NCBI GenBank assembly: GCA_015068125.1
Contig: SVLD01000002.1
Location: 24,533 to 88,532 of the forward strand
Reading direction: 5' to 3'
From: Oscillospiraceae bacterium
GTDB taxonomy: Bacteria > Bacillota > Clostridia > Oscillospirales > Oscillospiraceae
DNA: 64,000 bases
Shown here one piece after another: positions 30,147 through 40,750 of the stretch (its first letter is position 1; each line of letters begins with the position of its first letter). Made by a program: the position numbers and the translations under genes. The notes under the pieces were generated by a model. That model made no database searches, was not told where the DNA came from, and saw only the letters and a program-made list of their open reading frames with translations.

Positions 30147-31277
30147 TCAGTTTTTATGTGCCGCAAGCTGCTCCATGATATCACAGATCCGGTCTGTGGA
30201 ATCCAGAATGCAGTTGCTTCTCAGGGCGGTGGTCATGGCATCCCGGCGTGCATTGTCGCTCAGGAGCGCTTTAATCTGCTCGTAAAGGATCTTGGCTGTG
30301 CAATCCTTTTCCAGCAGCACCACAGCGCCCCCCTGCCCTTCCAGGACACGGGCATTCTTTTCCTGGTGATTGTCAGTAACATTGGGAGAAGGGATCAAAA
30401 TGCAGGGTGTGCCGCAGGCAGCGATCTCATTACAGCTGGATGCGCCGGCGCGGCTGATAAACACATCCGCGGCGGCCATGACAGTAGGCATATTGTAGAT
30501 GTACTCACGCATATCGATGGAACCGGTCGCTTTCAGGTCGACACCCTGGGCAGCCACCTTCTCCGGCATCCATTCCCAGCCGAATTTACCGGTGGCGTGG
30601 ATATGGTGGAAGGGATAGCCGTCTTCCTTTTCCAGGCGGAAGACCTCGGCCATGGCTTCATTCATCGCCTTGGCGCCCAGGCTTCCGAAGGCGGAAACCA
30701 CCACCGGGCCATCGCCCAATCCCAGCTCCCGGCGGGCGGCGGCTTTATCGCTGAATACAAACTCCCGGCGCACCGGCATGCCTACGGTTTCGATCTTTTC
30801 CGGGTGCTTATAACGCTTGGCACTCTCGGCAAAGGCCACCAGCACACGATCCACCCGGTCTGCCAGCATCCTGGTGGTCAGGCCGGGCATGGCGTTGCTT
30901 TCGTGGACACAGGTGGGGATTCCCATCTGGGAGCCGGCCATCAGTGCCGGGAAGCATGCGTAGCCGCCGGTGCCCAGGATCACATCGGGCTTAAATTCCT
31001 TGATGATCTTCTTGCACTGGCTCACCGCTTTGGCAGTCTGGAACACGGTTTTCATATTCTTTTTCATAGCCTTAAAGGACTTGCCCCGAACCATACCGGA
31101 CACTGCCAGACGTTTCAGTTCAAAGCCAGCCTTGGGCACAAGCTGCTCTTCCATGTGGCCTTTGGCGCCGATAAAGAGAATCTTGCTGTCGGGATGGCGC
31201 TCCCGGAATATATTGGCAACGGCGATGGCCGGGTTGATGTGGCCGCCGGTGCCGCCGCAGGTAAAGATCACATTCAT
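30147..31277 (-). CDS. murG: MurG glycosyltransferase
   Basis: GGTGGHINPAIA, HESN, GSLGA, SRAGA and HQEKNA. Confidence 0.97.
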   Translation of the reverse strand: MNVIFTCGGTGGHINPAIAVANIFRERHPDSKILFIGAKGHMEEQLVPKAGFELKRLAVSGMVRGKSFKAMKKNMKTVFQTAKAVSQCKKIIKEFKPDVILGTGGYACFPALMAGSQMGIPTCVHESNAMPGLTTRMLADRVDRVLVAFAESAKRYKHPEKIETVGMPVRREFVFSDKAAARRELGLGDGPVVVSAFGSLGAKAMNEAMAEVFRLEKEDGYPFHHIHATGKFGWEWMPEKVAAQGVDLKATGSIDMREYIYNMPTVMAAADVFISRAGASSCNEIAACGTPCILIPSPNVTDNHQEKNARVLEGQGGAVVLLEKDCTAKILYEQIKALLSDNARRDAMTTALRSNCILDSTDRICDIMEQLAAHKN

Positions 31278-32440
31278 AATGGAACCTCCTGATTTTTTGT
31301 CTGATTTCGGTGACGGGATATGCTCAGCACGATCCCCATCTCCCCCAAATTCACCGCCAGTGCTGTGCCTCCATAGGAGAAAAAGGGCAGCGCAATGCCG
31401 GTGGAGGGCAGCAGATTGGTAACAACGCACAGGTTCAGAATGGTCTGCACCGCGATGAGGGTCACCAAGCCTGCTGCCAGAACTGTGGAGAACCTGTCCC
31501 GGGCATGGAGGGCGATCCAATAGCCCCGGAGGATCAGCATAGCAAACAGCGCAATGATCAGCACCGCCCCCACCAGTCCCAGTTCCTCACAGATAATGGC
31601 GAAAATATAGTCGTTATATTGAAATGGCAGATACAAGTACTTCTGTCTGCTTTTTCCAAATCCCAATCCAAACAGGCCACCGGAACCGATGGCATACAAA
31701 GACTGCAGGATCTGATATCCCGTATCCCCGGGATCCTGCTCCGGATGGAGCCAGGCGGTTACCCGATCCCCGGCGTAACCCATAAAGCTAATGTAGATCA
31801 GCACAAAAGCCGCCGCAGCCCCAGCACCGGCCAGAAGCCACTTGGGGCTTGTGCCGGCAACGAACATCATCACCACGGCCACCATGCCCATGAGCATAAT
31901 GGCAGAAAGGTGCTTTTCCAGCGCCAGAGGAACCAGGATGCCCAACAGAGCCACACCGAAGCCCAGAACGCCGTAGCGGAATTCCTTGGCTTTCGTTCCG
32001 AAGCTCCGGGTCAGCCGGGCGAAGAGAACGATCATGGTGAATTTCGCGATTTCCGAGGGTTGGAACTGGATGCCGGCGATATTGATCCACCGTCGGGCGC
32101 CGTTGACAGACTCCCCTACCACCAGCACCAAAAGCAGCAGAGCGATGCTCACCGCGTAGGTCACCCAGGAAAAGCGGTGCCAGACCTGTGCCGGGATTTT
32201 ACTGAAAAATGCCATGCAGATCAGGCCGATTCCGGCACAAACTGCCTGTTTTTGCAAATATTTTGTAGAAATGGCATATCCCGTATCATATTCACTCTGG
32301 GCAGAGCTTGCAGAATAGAGCATCACAAGCCCCACGCCCAGGAGCATCAGCACCAGAAGCAAAAACGGGATGTCCACACCTTCCCCTGCCGGATAGCGGC
32401 AGCGGTCCTCTTTGGCATACAGAGCTTTCTCTGCTGCCAT
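31274..32440 (-). CDS. ftsW: SEDS peptidoglycan glycosyltransferase (FtsW/SpoVE)
   Basis: NGARRWI, QPSEIAK, YQILQS..AIGSGG and LPFFSYGG. Confidence 0.92.
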   Translation of the reverse strand: MAAEKALYAKEDRCRYPAGEGVDIPFLLLVLMLLGVGLVMLYSASSAQSEYDTGYAISTKYLQKQAVCAGIGLICMAFFSKIPAQVWHRFSWVTYAVSIALLLLVLVVGESVNGARRWINIAGIQFQPSEIAKFTMIVLFARLTRSFGTKAKEFRYGVLGFGVALLGILVPLALEKHLSAIMLMGMVAVVMMFVAGTSPKWLLAGAGAAAAFVLIYISFMGYAGDRVTAWLHPEQDPGDTGYQILQSLYAIGSGGLFGLGFGKSRQKYLYLPFQYNDYIFAIICEELGLVGAVLIIALFAMLILRGYWIALHARDRFSTVLAAGLVTLIAVQTILNLCVVTNLLPSTGIALPFFSYGGTALAVNLGEMGIVLSISRHRNQTKNQEVPL

Positions 32441-32469
32441 AAAGGTCTCCTTTCAGAATTGTGGGATTA

Positions 32470-33450
32470 TCAAATACCAAACCATGCCAGCAGACACATC
32501 AGCGCGGACACGGAGGCGAACACAATGACGATCTTATACTCTTTCCATCCGCACATTTCAAAGTGATGGTGGATGGGCGACATTTTGAACAGGCGCTTTC
32601 CATGGGTCAGCTTGAAATAGCCCACCTGGAGGATCACAGACAGGGTTTCCATGATATACACAAAGCCTACCAGCACCAGAATCAAGGGCATATTCAGGGC
32701 AAAGGCCAGGCCGCACACCGCGCCGCCCAAAAACAGGGAGCCGGTATCGCCCATGAACACCTTTGCAGGATGCCAATTGTAGAACAGGTAGGCGATCAAG
32801 CCGCCGATCAGAGCAGCGGGCATCAGCGCCAGGTCAAACTGCTGACGAGCAACAGCGGCGGCGGTGAAAAACACCATTACCGGCACAGTCACTGTAGCGG
32901 AAAGGCCGTCCACACCGTCGGTAAGGTTCACCGCGTTGACACAGCCCACCATGACGAACATAGCGAAGAAAATGTACAGCAGAATATGCATATTGAAGCT
33001 GACATTCAAAAACGGCACCGCCACAGGCACAGAACTGTCTGCATTGGTAGCGATGGTTCCCTGCTTGTACAGCAAGTACAGGAAAACGGCGGAAACTGCC
33101 ATCTGGAGCAGTGCTTTTTGGATAGAGGTCAGGCCCAGATTACGTTTAAACTTGACCTTGGTGAAATCATCCAGGAAGCCCACCAGGCCAAAGCAAAGGC
33201 TCAATGCCAGCACATAAAATACGGAGTAATCCTGCATCACGGGAATGGCGATCAGCAGGCAAATAATCAGGGAGAAGATAAACATCAAACCGCCCATCAT
33301 GGGAGTACCGGCTTTATAGTTATGCCAGGTGGGACCAACTTCCCGGATAGACTGTCCGGCTTTCAGTGCCCGCAGCACCGGCAGGATCAGAAATCCGATC
33401 AGCGCTGTAAGAGCCAGGGATATCGCCCCGGTAATGATAATTCGATCCAT
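32470..33450 (-). CDS. mraY: Phospho-N-acetylmuramoyl-pentapeptide transferase
   Basis: GTPMMGG, NAVNLTDGVDG, FMGDTGS and PIHHHFE. Confidence 0.97.
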   Translation of the reverse strand: MDRIIITGAISLALTALIGFLILPVLRALKAGQSIREVGPTWHNYKAGTPMMGGLMFIFSLIICLLIAIPVMQDYSVFYVLALSLCFGLVGFLDDFTKVKFKRNLGLTSIQKALLQMAVSAVFLYLLYKQGTIATNADSSVPVAVPFLNVSFNMHILLYIFFAMFVMVGCVNAVNLTDGVDGLSATVTVPVMVFFTAAAVARQQFDLALMPAALIGGLIAYLFYNWHPAKVFMGDTGSLFLGGAVCGLAFALNMPLILVLVGFVYIMETLSVILQVGYFKLTHGKRLFKMSPIHHHFEMCGWKEYKIVIVFASVSALMCLLAWFGI

Positions 33451-33463
33451 ATTTCTCCTCCGC

Positions 33464-34822
33464 TTATGTTTCGTCCTTTAAGAATTTTTCCAGAGCAAGC
33501 TCCATGTGCATGCCGTGGCTGCCCTTGAACAGCAGAATATCACCCTTTTTGGCAAGGAGCTTCAAAGCATCCACAAGGGCATCTCTGTCCGTAAAAGCAC
33601 CGGTAAGGCCATCCGGCATGCCACCGGTCAGCGCACCGCTGACAACACGGCTGCTATTGGGGCCGTAAGCGAGCACAGCATCGGCATTTTCCGCGGCGAT
33701 GCGGCCGATGCGGTAATGCTCCGCCGGGGCACAAACGCCAAGCTCCAGCATATCGCCCAGTACGGCGATCCTTCTACCCTTTCGGGTACCCAGTACCGCC
33801 AGGGCGGCGGCCATGGATTCCGGGCCTGCGTTGTAGCAGTCTTTGATGATGGTATAGCCTTTGGCCTCGAAGATCTCCTGCCGGCCTTCCATGTTCCGGA
33901 AATGCGCCAAAGCATCCGAAATCTGCGCCGGGGTAACCCCCATGGCAAGACCGACGCTGACTGCTGCCAGGGCATCGGATACGAAATGCATTCCCTCCAC
34001 AGGCAGGTCGATATTCATGGTTTCATCGCTTATCTTTACGGTGAAGGTCACCTTTCCGTCATTTCTGACATCTTCGGCTTTCACCTGGCAGTCGGCATTG
34101 TTGACACCAAAGTATGTGGGGATAACTTCCAGGCTGTCCCGCACGCTCCAGAGGTGCGCATCGTCGCCGTTGAGCAGCAGTTTTCCGCCGGGCTGCAAGC
34201 CCTCCAGAATCTCCAGCTTGGCTTTCAATATGCCCTGCTGAGAGCCCAGGTGCTCGATATGCATCGTGCCGATATTGATAATCACCGCCGCATTGGGTTT
34301 GGCGATCTGGGTCAGATACGCGATCTCCCGGAAATGATTCATGCCCATCTCCAGCACAGCGATCTCAGCATCCTCCGGCATGGACAAAATGGCCATGGGC
34401 ATGCCGATATCGTTATTGTGGTTGGCCGGGGTTTTTGCCACCCGGTAGGCAGCGGAAAGTACGCAGGCGATCATTTCCTTGGTGGTGCTTTTGCCCACGC
34501 TGCCGGTAACGCCTACCACTTTCATTCCCAGACGCTGACGCTCTCCTGCGGCGATCTGCCCCAGGGCAATACGGACATCCTCTACCACAATGGCAGGAAA
34601 ATCGCCATCGCAGTGGGTGCAAAGCACCGCGGCTGCGCCCTTTTCCATGGCCATGGGGATAAAATCGTGGCCATCCCGGACGCCCTGCAGCGCCAGGAAC
34701 AGCTGCCCCGGCTGAATATTCCGGGAATCGTTGCTGGCTCCCAGGAACGCAACATCCGCATATTTGGGATCTACCCGGCCGCCACACCAGCCGGCTGCCT
34801 GGGACAATGTGATCTTCGCCAT
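33464..34822 (-). CDS. murF: UDP-MurNAc-tripeptide:D-Ala-D-Ala ligase
   Basis: GVTGSVGKSTTKE, NNDIG, EMGMNH, YNAGPES and GDMLELG. Confidence 0.96.
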   Translation of the reverse strand: MAKITLSQAAGWCGGRVDPKYADVAFLGASNDSRNIQPGQLFLALQGVRDGHDFIPMAMEKGAAAVLCTHCDGDFPAIVVEDVRIALGQIAAGERQRLGMKVVGVTGSVGKSTTKEMIACVLSAAYRVAKTPANHNNDIGMPMAILSMPEDAEIAVLEMGMNHFREIAYLTQIAKPNAAVIINIGTMHIEHLGSQQGILKAKLEILEGLQPGGKLLLNGDDAHLWSVRDSLEVIPTYFGVNNADCQVKAEDVRNDGKVTFTVKISDETMNIDLPVEGMHFVSDALAAVSVGLAMGVTPAQISDALAHFRNMEGRQEIFEAKGYTIIKDCYNAGPESMAAALAVLGTRKGRRIAVLGDMLELGVCAPAEHYRIGRIAAENADAVLAYGPNSSRVVSGALTGGMPDGLTGAFTDRDALVDALKLLAKKGDILLFKGSHGMHMELALEKFLKDET

Positions 34823-34823
34823 A

Positions 34824-36275
34824 TCAATTCCTCAATTCTGCCAGATGGGCGGCGACTTCCTCCCGTTCGTCCAGGTGGTGCTTCACGCCGTGGATCTCCT
34901 GGTAGGTTTCGTGCCCCTTGCCGGCAAGTACAATAATATCATCCTTTTGGGCGATATCCATGGCATAGCGGATGGCCTTTCTGCGATCCGCTACCACGGT
35001 ATATTCGCCGTCTGCAGGCTCGATGCCCTGCAGAATATCTTCAATAATGGCCATAGGCTCTTCCGTCCGGGGATTGTCGGAGGTGATCACCGCCAGATCC
35101 GCCAAAGATACGCCAATTTTACCCATAATGGGCCGCTTGATGGGATCCCGGTCACCGCCGCAGCCAAAGACCGCGATGAGCCGACCCTTGCAGAAGCCCC
35201 GGACGGAGGAAAGGACATTTTCCAATCCGTCGGGGGTATGGGCATAGTCGATAAGTACCGTATAGGGCTTGCCGGGGGTGGGAACTACCTCTACTCTGCC
35301 CTTGACACCCTGGGCGGTTTTCAGCGCCTCGGCGGCATCTTCCAGGGAGATGCCCAGCTGCAGGGCGATCCCCAGAACAGTCAGGGCGTTATATACGGTA
35401 AACTTGCCGGGAATGGGCAGGCTGACCTGCACCTTTTTCTCACCTGACACAGCAGTAAAGGAAATGCCATCGGAATGCAGCTGCAGATCCTCTGCCTGCA
35501 AAGAAGCATTCTGCTTGACCGAAGTGGTCAGCACGTCGCAATTTGCCTTTGCGGTAATTCTTGTAAACCATTCATCGTCCAGATTTGCCACCGCTTTGCC
35601 GCAGCGGGCAAACAGCTCCGCCTTGGTATCGCAGTAGTGCTCCATGGTCTTGTGGAAATCCAGGTGATCCTCCGTCAGGTTGGTAAAGGCAGCCACATCA
35701 AAGCGGACACCGCCCACCCGATCCAACGCAATGGCGTGAGAAGACACTTCCATGATCACATACTGGCAGCCGGCATCCCGCATCCGGGCGAACAAGCCCT
35801 GGAGCTCGAAGCTCTCGGGGGTAGTCCGTTCCGTAGGAATCTCTTCGTCGCCAACGAGATTATACATGGTGCCGATCAAGCCCACCTTGGCTCCCAGCAC
35901 CTTCTCCAGAAGCTGCTTGGTAAGCAGTGTAACACTGGTTTTGCCGTTGGTGCCGGTAACGCCGATGAGCTTCATGGCCTTTCCAGGATGATTATAATAG
36001 TTTGCGCCCATGAGCGCAAGTGCCAGACGGTCGGATTCCACCAAAATATAAGGAATATTTTCCGCAGGACGCTTTGCGGTAACCACCGCCAGAGCACCCT
36101 TTTCCATAGCCATGGGAATAAACCGGTTGCCGTCGGCGGCAAAACCGGCCACAGCAACAAACACGCTGCCCGGTGTCACTTTCCGGGAATCATAAACAAC
36201 GGAGGTTACTTCCATCTCCATATCCGCAGTGGCTTCTATAACGCCAATACCAGCAAGTAAATCCTTTAGTTTCAT
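34824..36275 (-). CDS. murE: UDP-MurNAc-dipeptide:meso-DAP ligase
   Basis: TGTNGKTS, EVSSH, DYAHTPD and DNPR (mDAP-type). Confidence 0.97.
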   Translation of the reverse strand: MKLKDLLAGIGVIEATADMEMEVTSVVYDSRKVTPGSVFVAVAGFAADGNRFIPMAMEKGALAVVTAKRPAENIPYILVESDRLALALMGANYYNHPGKAMKLIGVTGTNGKTSVTLLTKQLLEKVLGAKVGLIGTMYNLVGDEEIPTERTTPESFELQGLFARMRDAGCQYVIMEVSSHAIALDRVGGVRFDVAAFTNLTEDHLDFHKTMEHYCDTKAELFARCGKAVANLDDEWFTRITAKANCDVLTTSVKQNASLQAEDLQLHSDGISFTAVSGEKKVQVSLPIPGKFTVYNALTVLGIALQLGISLEDAAEALKTAQGVKGRVEVVPTPGKPYTVLIDYAHTPDGLENVLSSVRGFCKGRLIAVFGCGGDRDPIKRPIMGKIGVSLADLAVITSDNPRTEEPMAIIEDILQGIEPADGEYTVVADRRKAIRYAMDIAQKDDIIVLAGKGHETYQEIHGVKHHLDEREEVAAHLAELRN

Positions 36276-36293
36276 AAGCACTCCTTTTGCGGT

Positions 36294-38630
36294 TTAATCC
36301 GCGGCTTTTGTATCTGCAAATTCCAGTTTTATGGTTGTGCCCGGGGGTACCGCCGTTCCCTCGGGGATCTCCTGTGCGGTAACTGTTACATTGGGCGATA
36401 AATCCAAGTTGCCGACAGGAAGAATGTACAGCCCTAACTTGCCGGCGGCATCGCTGGCCTGCTGGCGGTTCATGCCATAAAAATTCGGTACTTGCACCGT
36501 AGTTTCCGGCGCATCCTGCCCCATATACAGCAGCACCTGGCTGCCGCCGGGGATGGCTGAGCCCGCCACCGGAATCTGGCCGGTGACGGTATCCCCGTTT
36601 CCAACCAGCACGGCTGTTAAACCCTGCGTCTTTAGTATATTGCGAGATTCCTTTTCCGTCAAGCCGGTCAAATTTTCCATAATCACTGTTTGCCCGGCAA
36701 TATCCCCTTCGGAAAAGCTCTGCTTCACACCAAGATAGGGCAAAATATCCGCCATAACCGCGCCAACGGTAGGTGCTGCCATAACACCGCCGGAAATGTA
36801 AATTCCCGTTGCCCGGGAAGGCGTATCCAGAGCCACCAGTGTAATGTACTCCGGGTCGTCCATGGGAGCGATTCCCACAAAGGACACGATCTTATCCAGC
36901 ACCCGCTGGCCGTTTTCATCAAAGACATCGATTTTTTCACTGGTGCCGGTTTTGCCGCCGATGGCATAGCCGGCAACGGATGCGTTTTTGGCGGTTCCCT
37001 CCGTTACCACAGATTGCAGGAGCTGGCACATGGTCTTGGACGTTTCCGGACTGATGGTCTGACGGATCACGGTGGGTTCTTGCTTTAGTACCGTATTGCC
37101 GCCCGCATCCACCACTTCGGAAACCATATAAGGCTCCAGAAGGTTACCGCCATTGACCACTGATGCGATGGCTCGCACCAACTGCAACGGCGTCAGCTTA
37201 AAGGTCTGACCGAACGATCCGGAGGTCAGTGAGGCTGTGCCCCATTTGTCCGTATTGGTCACCAGTTCCTTGCTGAAGAAAACGCCCTTGCTCTCCCCCG
37301 CCAGGTCGATGCCTGTTTTTTCGGTGACGCCGAATTTTTCAATATATTCATAAAAGCGTTCGCCGCCCAGCTTCAAAGCGATGTGGGCGAAGGCAATATT
37401 GCAGGAGTTTTGCAGTGCCTGGGGCGTTTGTTCCGACCCATGACCGGCAGACCGCCAGCAGTGCAGCCGCTGGGCTCTGCCGGGAATCTGCTCCGAACCG
37501 GAACAGTGAAACGATGTATTGAGGTCAATGGCGCCGCAATCCAGGGCCGCCGCCATGGTCATCACCTTGAAAGTGGATCCCGGCTCATAGCCATCGGAAA
37601 TGACCCGGTTACGCCACTGCTTCAGCTGAGCCTCGGACAACGCTTTCTGCCAGGCAGCCTTGCCGTCGGCATAGCCCTGGCTTTCCATCGGCAAGGACAG
37701 ATACCGATCCTTAAGCTGATCCAGCTTTGTTTGTGTTTCCAAATCAGAAATTTCCAGATAGCTGTTGGGATCGTAGCTTCCCAGAGTGGCCATGGCCAGG
37801 ATCTCCCCGGTTTTGGCATTCATCACGATGCCAAAGGCACCGTTTTGTACATCGTATCGGTCGATTGCCGCCTGCATCTGCTTTTCCAGGCAGGCCTGGA
37901 CTGTGGTGTCCAGGGTAAGGATCACGCTGCAGCCCGGCTGGGATGCCACATATTTTTCATAGGAATAGGGCATATCCATCTCATTATTGCCCTTGGTTGT
38001 AATCACCTTGCCGGCGATGCCCTCCAAATAGCCGTTATAGGCTGCCTCAATCCCCTCGGAGCCGGTATTGGAGGCGTTGGTAAAGCCAATAACCTGGGCC
38101 GCCAAGCTTCCCATGGGATAATATCGCTGGGAATTGGGCTCCAGGTGGATGCCGGAAATGCCATTTTCATTGATATAACTGCGGATTTTTCCGGCGGTTT
38201 CCTCACTGACGCGGTCAGCGATCTGCTTATAGCGCATGGAGGTATCTCCGGCCTGCTGTTTGATCCACTGGGGATCTTTACCCAGGATTTCTCCTAACAC
38301 ATTGGAAATTTCCTCCACATTCGCCTTGGACTGCTTTAGCTCATGGGGATCTAAATACACCGTTTCCACGCTTTGGGAAATCGCCAGGATGTTCATGTTA
38401 CGATCATAGATTGTTCCCCGGTCGGCGGTTACTTTAGTGGTTCGGGTCTGATTTCGCAGAGCAAGCTGAGAATAGTAATCATACTGCCCGATCATCAAAT
38501 TCCAAAGCTGCAGCGCCACCGGCAGAAAGGCTGCAATCCCCAGCACCACCATCATCGCCAAAATTCGGTAATGGTGCCCCGTATCTCCCCGGAGGCGTAA
38601 ATATTCCTTTTTTTGTTGCTTCTTTGCCAT
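36294..38630 (-). CDS. spoVD: Class B penicillin-binding protein with PASTA domains (SpoVD/FtsI)
   Basis: RGTIYDRN, YEPGSTFK (SxxK), SCN, KTGT and two C-terminal PASTA-like repeats. Confidence 0.85.
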   Translation of the reverse strand: MAKKQQKKEYLRLRGDTGHHYRILAMMVVLGIAAFLPVALQLWNLMIGQYDYYSQLALRNQTRTTKVTADRGTIYDRNMNILAISQSVETVYLDPHELKQSKANVEEISNVLGEILGKDPQWIKQQAGDTSMRYKQIADRVSEETAGKIRSYINENGISGIHLEPNSQRYYPMGSLAAQVIGFTNASNTGSEGIEAAYNGYLEGIAGKVITTKGNNEMDMPYSYEKYVASQPGCSVILTLDTTVQACLEKQMQAAIDRYDVQNGAFGIVMNAKTGEILAMATLGSYDPNSYLEISDLETQTKLDQLKDRYLSLPMESQGYADGKAAWQKALSEAQLKQWRNRVISDGYEPGSTFKVMTMAAALDCGAIDLNTSFHCSGSEQIPGRAQRLHCWRSAGHGSEQTPQALQNSCNIAFAHIALKLGGERFYEYIEKFGVTEKTGIDLAGESKGVFFSKELVTNTDKWGTASLTSGSFGQTFKLTPLQLVRAIASVVNGGNLLEPYMVSEVVDAGGNTVLKQEPTVIRQTISPETSKTMCQLLQSVVTEGTAKNASVAGYAIGGKTGTSEKIDVFDENGQRVLDKIVSFVGIAPMDDPEYITLVALDTPSRATGIYISGGVMAAPTVGAVMADILPYLGVKQSFSEGDIAGQTVIMENLTGLTEKESRNILKTQGLTAVLVGNGDTVTGQIPVAGSAIPGGSQVLLYMGQDAPETTVQVPNFYGMNRQQASDAAGKLGLYILPVGNLDLSPNVTVTAQEIPEGTAVPPGTTIKLEFADTKAAD

Positions 38631-38665
38631 AATGCACCGGCCCTTCCATGGACAACTTTGCATAA

Positions 38666-38736
38666 ATGGGCAGCAAGGGAATCCCTTACTGCCCATGCAG
38701 CTATCCTAATTTTATTGGCCGGTGACAGGTTTATGC
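38666..38736 (-). promoter_or_regulatory. Possible SigE promoter and leader hairpin upstream of spoVD
   Basis: Minus strand gcATA-15-AATAAAAT, then hairpin ATGGGCAGTAAGGG-ATT-CCCTTGCTGCCCAT. Confidence 0.4.
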
Positions 38737-39195
38737 AAACAACCCGGTCAGGAACATGCAGAATGTTTCCCAAGCGGTAGGTTCGACCTCAGGCTCGGGC
38801 ATCGGAACATCGATGGTCACATGGGGCACTTCGTCCACGCTGACCATACCCATGGTCAAAGCGATCTGACGAACCTGCTCCAGGTCATAACCGCTGTCGT
38901 ATGTATCCTGCAGAGAAATGTTCTCATTCTGCAGGGAGGTAACATAGGATTCCATCTGTCTGGCTTCCTCATTGACCTGATTCAGGGTCATAAAGCCAAC
39001 CAGCAGCATCACCGCCATCACCGTGGCAACGACGATGCCGAAGACGGCCACAGGATCAAACGCAATGACAATTTTCTTTTCCGCACGGAATTTGGGCATA
39101 AGGGTAGCCTTTTTCCGGGCCTTACGCTCTACCATGGTGGCAGCGGTGCCGGAAACATATGCATTAATGTAACGGACCTCTGTATAGTTTGCCAT
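38731..39195 (-). CDS. ftsL: FtsL-like septum formation protein
   Basis: One TM helix, coiled coil and DLEQVRQIALTMGM. Lies between rsmH and the PBP. Confidence 0.7.
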   Translation of the reverse strand: MANYTEVRYINAYVSGTAATMVERKARKKATLMPKFRAEKKIVIAFDPVAVFGIVVATVMAVMLLVGFMTLNQVNEEARQMESYVTSLQNENISLQDTYDSGYDLEQVRQIALTMGMVSVDEVPHVTIDVPMPEPEVEPTAWETFCMFLTGLFA

Positions 39196-39228
39196 GTCGC
39201 TCTCTCCTTCTAATCTGGCGCTAATGTC

Positions 39229-40164
39229 TTACAGTTTTTCACACACCCGCAATTTTGCGCTGCGGGATCTGGGGTTGGCCTCCAGCTCCTCGTCGCTTGC
39301 CACGATGGGCTTGCGGCTGATGAGCTTGACCTGGGGTTTCTTACCACAGACACAAACCGGGAAGCTGGGCGGACAGGTACAGCCCTTGGAAGCCTCAGTC
39401 ATGCCGTTTTTTACGATTCTGTCTTCCAAAGAATGGAAGGTAATAATTGCCAGCCGTCCGCCGGCGTTGAGTTTGGGAATGGCGGTGTCCATCACTTCCC
39501 GGACAGCACCCAATTCGTCATTGACTGCGATGCGGATCGCCTGGAAGCTGCGCTTTGCCGGATGCTGCTTTTCTCGCAAAGCTACGGCAGGCATGGCACT
39601 GCGGATCACATCCACCAGTTCCAGAGTGGTCTTGATGGGTTTCTCTTCCCTGCGGCGACAGATAGCCGCGGCGATTTGGGGAGCATAGCGCTCTTCACCG
39701 TAATCAAAGAGAATTCGACGGAGCTGCTCATAGGACCAGGTATTGACGATGGTTTCTGCCGTCAAAGCATCGCCACTGTTCATTCGCATATCCAGCGGGG
39801 CATCCACCATATAGGAAAATCCGCGGCTGCCGTCATCCAACTGGGGCGAAGAAACGCCAAGATCCAGCAGAATTCCGTCTACGCCTTCGATTCCCAGCTC
39901 ATCAAGGATCTGACTGAGCCGGCAGAAATTGGAATGCACCAGCTTTACTCTGTTGCCATAGGGCGCCAGTCGCTCCCCTGCGGCCTTCAGTGCCACGGGA
40001 TCCCGGTCGATACCGATGAGCCGGCCGGTGGTAAGCCGTTTTGCGATCTGGCTGGAATGTCCCGCACCGCCCAGAGTGCCGTCCACATAGATGCCGTCGG
40101 GGCGAATGTTCAGCCCGTCTAAGCATTCCTCCAGCAAAACGGAGATATGATGAAATTCACTCAT
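39229..40164 (-). CDS. rsmH: 16S rRNA m4C1402 methyltransferase
   Basis: DGTLGGAGH, DLGVSSPQLD, PLDMRM, FHSLEDR and NPRSRSAKLR. Confidence 0.98.
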   Translation of the reverse strand: MSEFHHISVLLEECLDGLNIRPDGIYVDGTLGGAGHSSQIAKRLTTGRLIGIDRDPVALKAAGERLAPYGNRVKLVHSNFCRLSQILDELGIEGVDGILLDLGVSSPQLDDGSRGFSYMVDAPLDMRMNSGDALTAETIVNTWSYEQLRRILFDYGEERYAPQIAAAICRRREEKPIKTTLELVDVIRSAMPAVALREKQHPAKRSFQAIRIAVNDELGAVREVMDTAIPKLNAGGRLAIITFHSLEDRIVKNGMTEASKGCTCPPSFPVCVCGKKPQVKLISRKPIVASDEELEANPRSRSAKLRVCEKL

Positions 40165-40589
40165 AGACCGATCGCCTCCAGAGAAGCCAGCAGCTTTTCG
40201 GGAGTAAGATTCTCAGCTTCGAAAGCTGCGAATTCTTCGCTGTCCCAAATTTCAGCCTGACCGGCCCGTCCGACGATCATAACTTCTTTTTGAATACCGG
40301 CGTATTCCAGCAGGAACTGGGTCAGGGTGAAGCGGAACTGCTTATCCGGCTCACACTGGGCGGCGTTCATAAAGATCAAACTGGTGGCTGCGCCCTTTTG
40401 CGAAATCGGCAGGGCGTTGTAGTTGTCGCTGAGGGTCTGCCAGTCGGCGGACTTGTAAACGGTCAGACAGCGATGACCGCAGTTGACGCCCAGAGTCACA
40501 TAAAAGTCGCCGCCCAGCTCATCTCTGAGTTTGGCAGGCACGAACAGACGGTTTTTATCGTCCAATTTCGCAGCGTATTTTCCGATCAT
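40161..40589 (-). CDS. mraZ: Division/cell wall cluster regulator MraZ
   Basis: LDDKNRLFVPAKLR...EIWD. First gene of the dcw cluster. Confidence 0.92.
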   Translation of the reverse strand: MIGKYAAKLDDKNRLFVPAKLRDELGGDFYVTLGVNCGHRCLTVYKSADWQTLSDNYNALPISQKGAATSLIFMNAAQCEPDKQFRFTLTQFLLEYAGIQKEVMIVGRAGQAEIWDSEEFAAFEAENLTPEKLLASLEAIGL

Positions 40590-40607
40590 GCAGTCTCACC
40601 TCCTCCA

Positions 40608-40641
40608 TTTTGCTCCACTTTACTACACTTTTACTCCACTT
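40608..40641 (-). promoter_or_regulatory. MraZ binding repeats
   Basis: Minus strand AAGTGGAG-taa-AAGTGTAG-ta-AAGTGGAG with 10-11 nt spacing, matching the known GTGG-type MraZ boxes. Confidence 0.75.
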
Positions 40642-40750
40642 GATGACAGTATACACCCATCTTTTAAAAAAATCAATCTTTTTTTACAAAAAATTTCACT
40701 TTTTTGCTGAAAAATCCCGGTTTTTCAAACTTTCGAACACTTGTTCTATA